Positions 61,901 through 64,000 of a DNA stretch of 64,000 bases are shown one piece after another; within the stretch, counting starts at the first letter, position 1; the number at the start of each line of letters is the position of its first letter. A program made the translations under genes and the position numbers. The notes beneath the pieces were generated by a model. The model was not told the origin of the DNA. It saw only the letters and a program-made list of their open reading frames with translations, and ran no database searches. This DNA comes from an uncultured Candidatus Saccharibacteria bacterium (lineage in GTDB: Bacteria > Patescibacteriota > Minisyncoccia > Phycocordibacterales > UBA5272): positions 10,805-74,804 of the forward strand of contig CAYWEW010000006.1 of the NCBI GenBank assembly GCA_964457775.1, written 5' to 3'.

Positions 61901-64000
61901 TCCATTCGCAAGCACTTTGAATAATGACGATGTTGCACCACCTGCTGATGTAGTAGATGCAATATCAAAGAGTGAGGAGGTGCCTCCGAACGATGATTGG
62001 ACAGAGAACTTAGCAGATGGTGTGGTTGTACCAATCCCGACATTTCCATTTACAACATCGAGTACCATAGTACCTAGTGTTTGATAATTTGCCCCACCAA
62101 GATAAACCTTGTCATCACTACCCACACGGAGTACTCCAAGATAACTATTATTAGCATTATTTGGTGCTATTATCGCCTTATTATTTGGAATAACGATTTC
62201 ATTTCCTTGGAAAGCACTACCTGAATTGCTGAGAAGGTCTACACCAAGAGAAATTGCTCTACCGCTTGTCAGTGATCCAAGTTGTGTGACGGAGTATGCA
62301 CCAGAACTAGAACCATATCCGAAATAACTTGACTTGATCAAATCAACACCACCAACAGCAGATATCCAAGTACTAGTAGAGATTGTTATCGCACCTGTTT
62401 GGGAAACATTGAATAGTGACACTCCTGTTGACGAAGCCACATTAAATGGATTAACCCCTACTCTTCCTTGTACATTAAATGAGTAAGAAGATGAAGTTGC
62501 ATTAATACCCGCTACTGTACCATTGTCTAAGAGTGATGATGTTCCTAGTGTTGTAGATGTGAGCCAACGAGTAGCGAATCCTAATTCTCCTCCTGTTACA
62601 CCTGCACCAATACCTCCTTGTATACCGAGAGATGACGTAGATACCCAGAGTGTAGATGTACCTGTTGACCAGAGTAGTTGACCGAGTGTGCCAGCAGTAT
62701 TGACAGAATCCATGAAGTTACCAGTGAGACGGAGGCCTCCTTGGACTTGGAGTTTTTGGGATGGGGTCGTCGTTCCAATACCAATATTGCCATTCGGGAA
62801 GTTTACAGAAGTTATTGCAGTAGATCCTGGCGTACGATAAATTTCAACAGCAGAAACTGGATTAGCTTTTGAATCATCAACAGTTTCAAGCGCCCAGAGA
62901 TCATTTGAATTTATTCTTGCACGCCAATACTTAGAGCCGGGAGTAGTATCCGGTCGGTACCAGTAAATTGAGGGTGAATAAGCACCTGGGCCTTCTATTG
63001 TTAGACCAACATTTTGTACATTTACATGAAGTGGAGATAGAGGTGTCGTCACCCCAATCCCCACATACCCACTTGTATTCCAAATACCAGATCCAGGGAA
63101 GTATGTATTACCAGTTACAGTTAATCCACCCGTAGTAGAAGCATTAGTAAGTGTAGTCTTACCAGAGACATCTAAAGTAGCAGAGAAGTTAGCAGAGGTA
63201 CCTGAGAATGTTCCCCCAGTAAAGGATGTTCCTGTAATAGCTCCTAGGTTAGCAAGTGTTGAATAGAGTGTGGTAGCAGTTAAAGCAGTAGATGAAGCAA
63301 GCGTAGATGATGCATATGTTGTAGTGATTCTGTTTGCTGTGATATCTCCTGTGGTAGTAAGGGTTCCTACGGTGAGATTTGATGTGGAAGCTGTAGTAGC
63401 AGAGAGGTTAGAGATCGTAGTAGTAGCAAGTGATACTGTGCCTGTTGCTGTAAGATTCCCTGTTGTAAGAGCGAGGAAGTTAGGAGATGCACTAACTGAA
63501 AGTACATTCCCGGCCCATGAGAGATTAGTGCCGGACGATATACGTGATGATGGTGTTGTGTAGAAGGTAAAGAGGTTAGAAGTAGAAGCAGTGAGAGGGA
63601 TAGAATAATTTAATGATGGTGCAACAGAGAATGTATGAGTACCTCCTCCTACGTTAGTTGATACAAATATATCAAGACCTGTTCCATTTGTTGTTGTAGC
63701 AAATGTTTGAGCGCCAACAGAGCCATTAAGAGAAGCAACAACACCAGAAGCACCAGCGTCAGTTCCACATGAGAATTGTCCTGTGGTAGTACTGTAGAGT
63801 AGTTTTTGTGTAGTAAGGTCACACGCAATGAGACCTGCACCTTTAAGTGTAGAACTGAAGTATCCATTGGTAGTAGTGGAGTTAATAAAGTCTGTTGAGG
63901 TAGCGTAAATACTGTTAGTGGTAATTGTTGTTGCAGTAGCATTAGTAGCTGTGAGATTGGTTGAGTTTAGAGTAGTAACTGTTGATGAAGAAGAGAATAG
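55952..64000 (-). CDS. Giant adhesin/fibre-like protein (5' end outside window) with LVIVD repeats, trimeric beta-repeats and Peptidase_S74-type chaperone
   Basis: Frame stays open from 64000 to 55952; repeated VGIGxxTP, YAYV...IDISNP repeats, NxAxGxxAL repeats, SDERLKQNITNL, ADIAE...VALTGRVPVKV. Confidence 0.88.
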   Translation of the reverse strand, partial: LFSSSSTVTTLNSTNLTATNATATTITTNSIYATSTDFINSTTTNGYFSSTLKGAGLIACDLTTQKLLYSTTTGQFSCGTDAGASGVVASLNGSVGAQTFATTTNGTGLDIFVSTNVGGGTHTFSVAPSLNYSIPLTASTSNLFTFYTTPSSRISSGTNLSWAGNVLSVSASPNFLALTTGNLTATGTVSLATTTISNLSATTASTSNLTVGTLTTTGDITANRITTTYASSTLASSTALTATTLYSTLANLGAITGTSFTGGTFSGTSANFSATLDVSGKTTLTNASTTGGLTVTGNTYFPGSGIWNTSGYVGIGVTTPLSPLHVNVQNVGLTIEGPGAYSPSIYWYRPDTTPGSKYWRARINSNDLWALETVDDSKANPVSAVEIYRTPGSTAITSVNFPNGNIGIGTTTPSQKLQVQGGLRLTGNFMDSVNTAGTLGQLLWSTGTSTLWVSTSSLGIQGGIGAGVTGGELGFATRWLTSTTLGTSSLLDNGTVAGINATSSSYSFNVQGRVGVNPFNVASSTGVSLFNVSQTGAITISTSTWISAVGGVDLIKSSYFGYGSSSGAYSVTQLGSLTSGRAISLGVDLLSNSGSAFQGNEIVIPNNKAIIAPNNANNSYLGVLRVGSDDKVYLGGANYQTLGTMVLDVVNGNVGIGTTTPSAKFSVQSSFGGTSSLFDIASTTSAGGATSSLFKVLANGGTLIGTSTQANNSKLTVHGTSTFIAMSSSSPIALDVYGNIQNIATSTIGMRLVSTTAVGSNPRAVFTVGNYAYVTYSNCCSFSGYDVSVPSLSVLLSTYASGNIQTPASIAIAGSYAYVTAYSSNNITVIDISKPKSLSAVSIFSTAGMGPTSIDISGGYAYVANYDNRSMSIIDISNPSSLSVVSTITTGTNPNSVDVSGKYAYVTNYSSSTLSIIDISNPTKPTIASTTPVGSNPSSVAVSGRYAYVANKGSNTLSVIDISNPSVPVATSSVSINNAAHVVVSGRYAYVTTESNPGGVSVVDISNPASPRVISYHQTGDSPTKVSISGKYLYVVNYLTSTMLTYDIGGLETTSALVHSLETGNLHVRNDITTQGSLSLAGGLTISNGFQSHNNSSVYGNLTVGTSTYPLLFADAGNNRLNIGTSTGDSSLFIQGTTTKNLLTVASSSGATLFTILANGNVGVGSSTPIATLSVQGRDGVNPFTVASSTGHNLLTVNSLGGLVLGTSTSANVFINGGPSSTVAPSNSIAVGNGALTNISTSSVFLFNIALGRNALYGSSTSFMTGNGNFAVGDSALYSNTSGQYNIAQGYSALYSNTTGASNVALGASAIMYSSTASNNIAIGSSAMFGSTTNLMTGGNNFAAGNSALSSNITGVGNTAHGFFSLYSNTTGNYNLAQGYQALRYSSTASNNTAIGYQAMYGSSTDLMSGGDNFAVGNSALYSNTTGSNNIAQGANALNLNTTGSWNVAIGNLALQNSSTASFNTAIGYQAMYGNSTNRMTGSNNIALGGSALYSNVSGQYNIAQGVGALSGNISGSFNLAQGYSSLNYNSGGSYNIAFGHQSGRGDGITVDQRSVIDSYSGFIGYQASRAETVASTSALTNAWAIGKDARVGMSNAIILGGTSTDAVNVGIGTTTPGATLTLRGRGSTNPFEVASSSGSSLFSILANGNVGIGSSTPAGSLTIGSGQILVPNGSNSLPSYSFASSPANGMSWDGTFLNLSSNSAISLSQSATEYLRVVLQVGVMQPGSAGSPALYFNDSNLGLFRAAANELGLTVSSIENTRWKAGEVRFSKGVDDAVPYAINSRKSRGTVTSPTAITSGDALLNINSYGYVGATNQYVQATGIVSSSTGTISDSATGIGGMLTFQTRSVGGSITDRMTITSNGNVGIGSSTPNYLLSVSGTFGVTGTSTLATTTATTLMFGTTTPFSLAKMFFDTSVNNAIDGATTSIAGIHGNFTFNPSAGGVQVGNRFVVNNIPTSVANTAVGQIIRTIDNTALSNTVRGIEVVSDAGTNSYGINTGIRTSGHTFGIQAFTTGLGGELSAPAALYGENTGTTDGDILRLYSSTVTTAPYLAQIYQEISSYTGTALYMDIGANGGSFSGKFADFQKNDITKFAINNDGKTSIGTSSATSMLNVQSTSGLSPLNISSSTGVSMFSIASTGNVTIVGSGTTCTIGSGTGATNCTSDERLKQNITNLSSSILSNVMNLRPVTFNWNGVSGRNQTSTHTGFIAQEVQSLFPDSVGTVYNDETLGDVYGVDYASLVVPTIKALQELNLNVLQASSSLFILTNTVNNNNEVASSSIYALANIVTSNYAEASSTFASMLSVINASTTNLQSQISSINSVINTSNATSGAMTITSLGLVGIGNDGTQIGDEIMRVSGRIRATGFDIDSAADIAEVFKSSESLDAGTVVSFSSSTYAWNPHGSSVTTGTSYDMSGIKSAEGGDDILGIVTTNAGIILGATFSSSTEGYSIPVALTGRVPVKVTNENGIIKKGDYLTLSTTTEGYATKQITSGRVLGRALSDAVDSSSTSTVLVLIENTNRTVTVSNLAGLEEITYATSTDSTPTSITSTITSALANGIEVINSFIAVKVTAVVAYIDTIFAKNVYAEEKVCVGSTCVTEEQLKSLLNNNVNVNQGTGTTTNILIQEPVVAGDANSTTTETVTSSSSEVVTDGADTWTTTEQVLPETTTPTTESTSTTP

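Noticed and set aside
283-63942. Numerous short antisense or overlapping ORFs within long genes (for example 9443-9763, 54847-55218, 63270-63563, 63649-63942)
   Set aside because: Shadow frames of well-supported genes, favoured by low-complexity codons; no independent signals
48113-64000. Diversity-generating retroelement target or template in the giant genes
   Set aside because: Duplicated blocks differ at all base types rather than only adenines, and no reverse transcriptase is present

Overview
AT-rich bacterial chromosome segment. Gene content and style point to Patescibacteria/CPR (Parcubacteria-like); this assignment is inference. Housekeeping genes include the rpoB 3' end, rpoC, dnaG, rpoD, hpf, a cyclophilin, fmt, def, priA, mreB, a holB-like gene, frr, rseP and proS. 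There are also several secreted Ser/Thr-rich surface proteins, two of them giants (2513 aa and >2680 aa, the latter cut by the window edge). The standout is a ~7.3 kb array (about 26.75-34.03 kb) directly downstream of tRNA-Asn. It holds about 11 modules of one or two unrelated small genes. Most modules have their own -35/-10 promoter, Shine-Dalgarno and terminator. They are separated by a ~69-bp repeat that starts at a GCTC core also found at the tRNA 3' end. The repeat keeps an open frame (LQLVNKFRTFDWRKY...I-stop) with synonymous changes and decays with distance from the tRNA. This looks like an integron-like, polarised cassette-accretion system with no integrase in the window. A candidate unannotated structured ncRNA lies between mreB and the holB-like gene.
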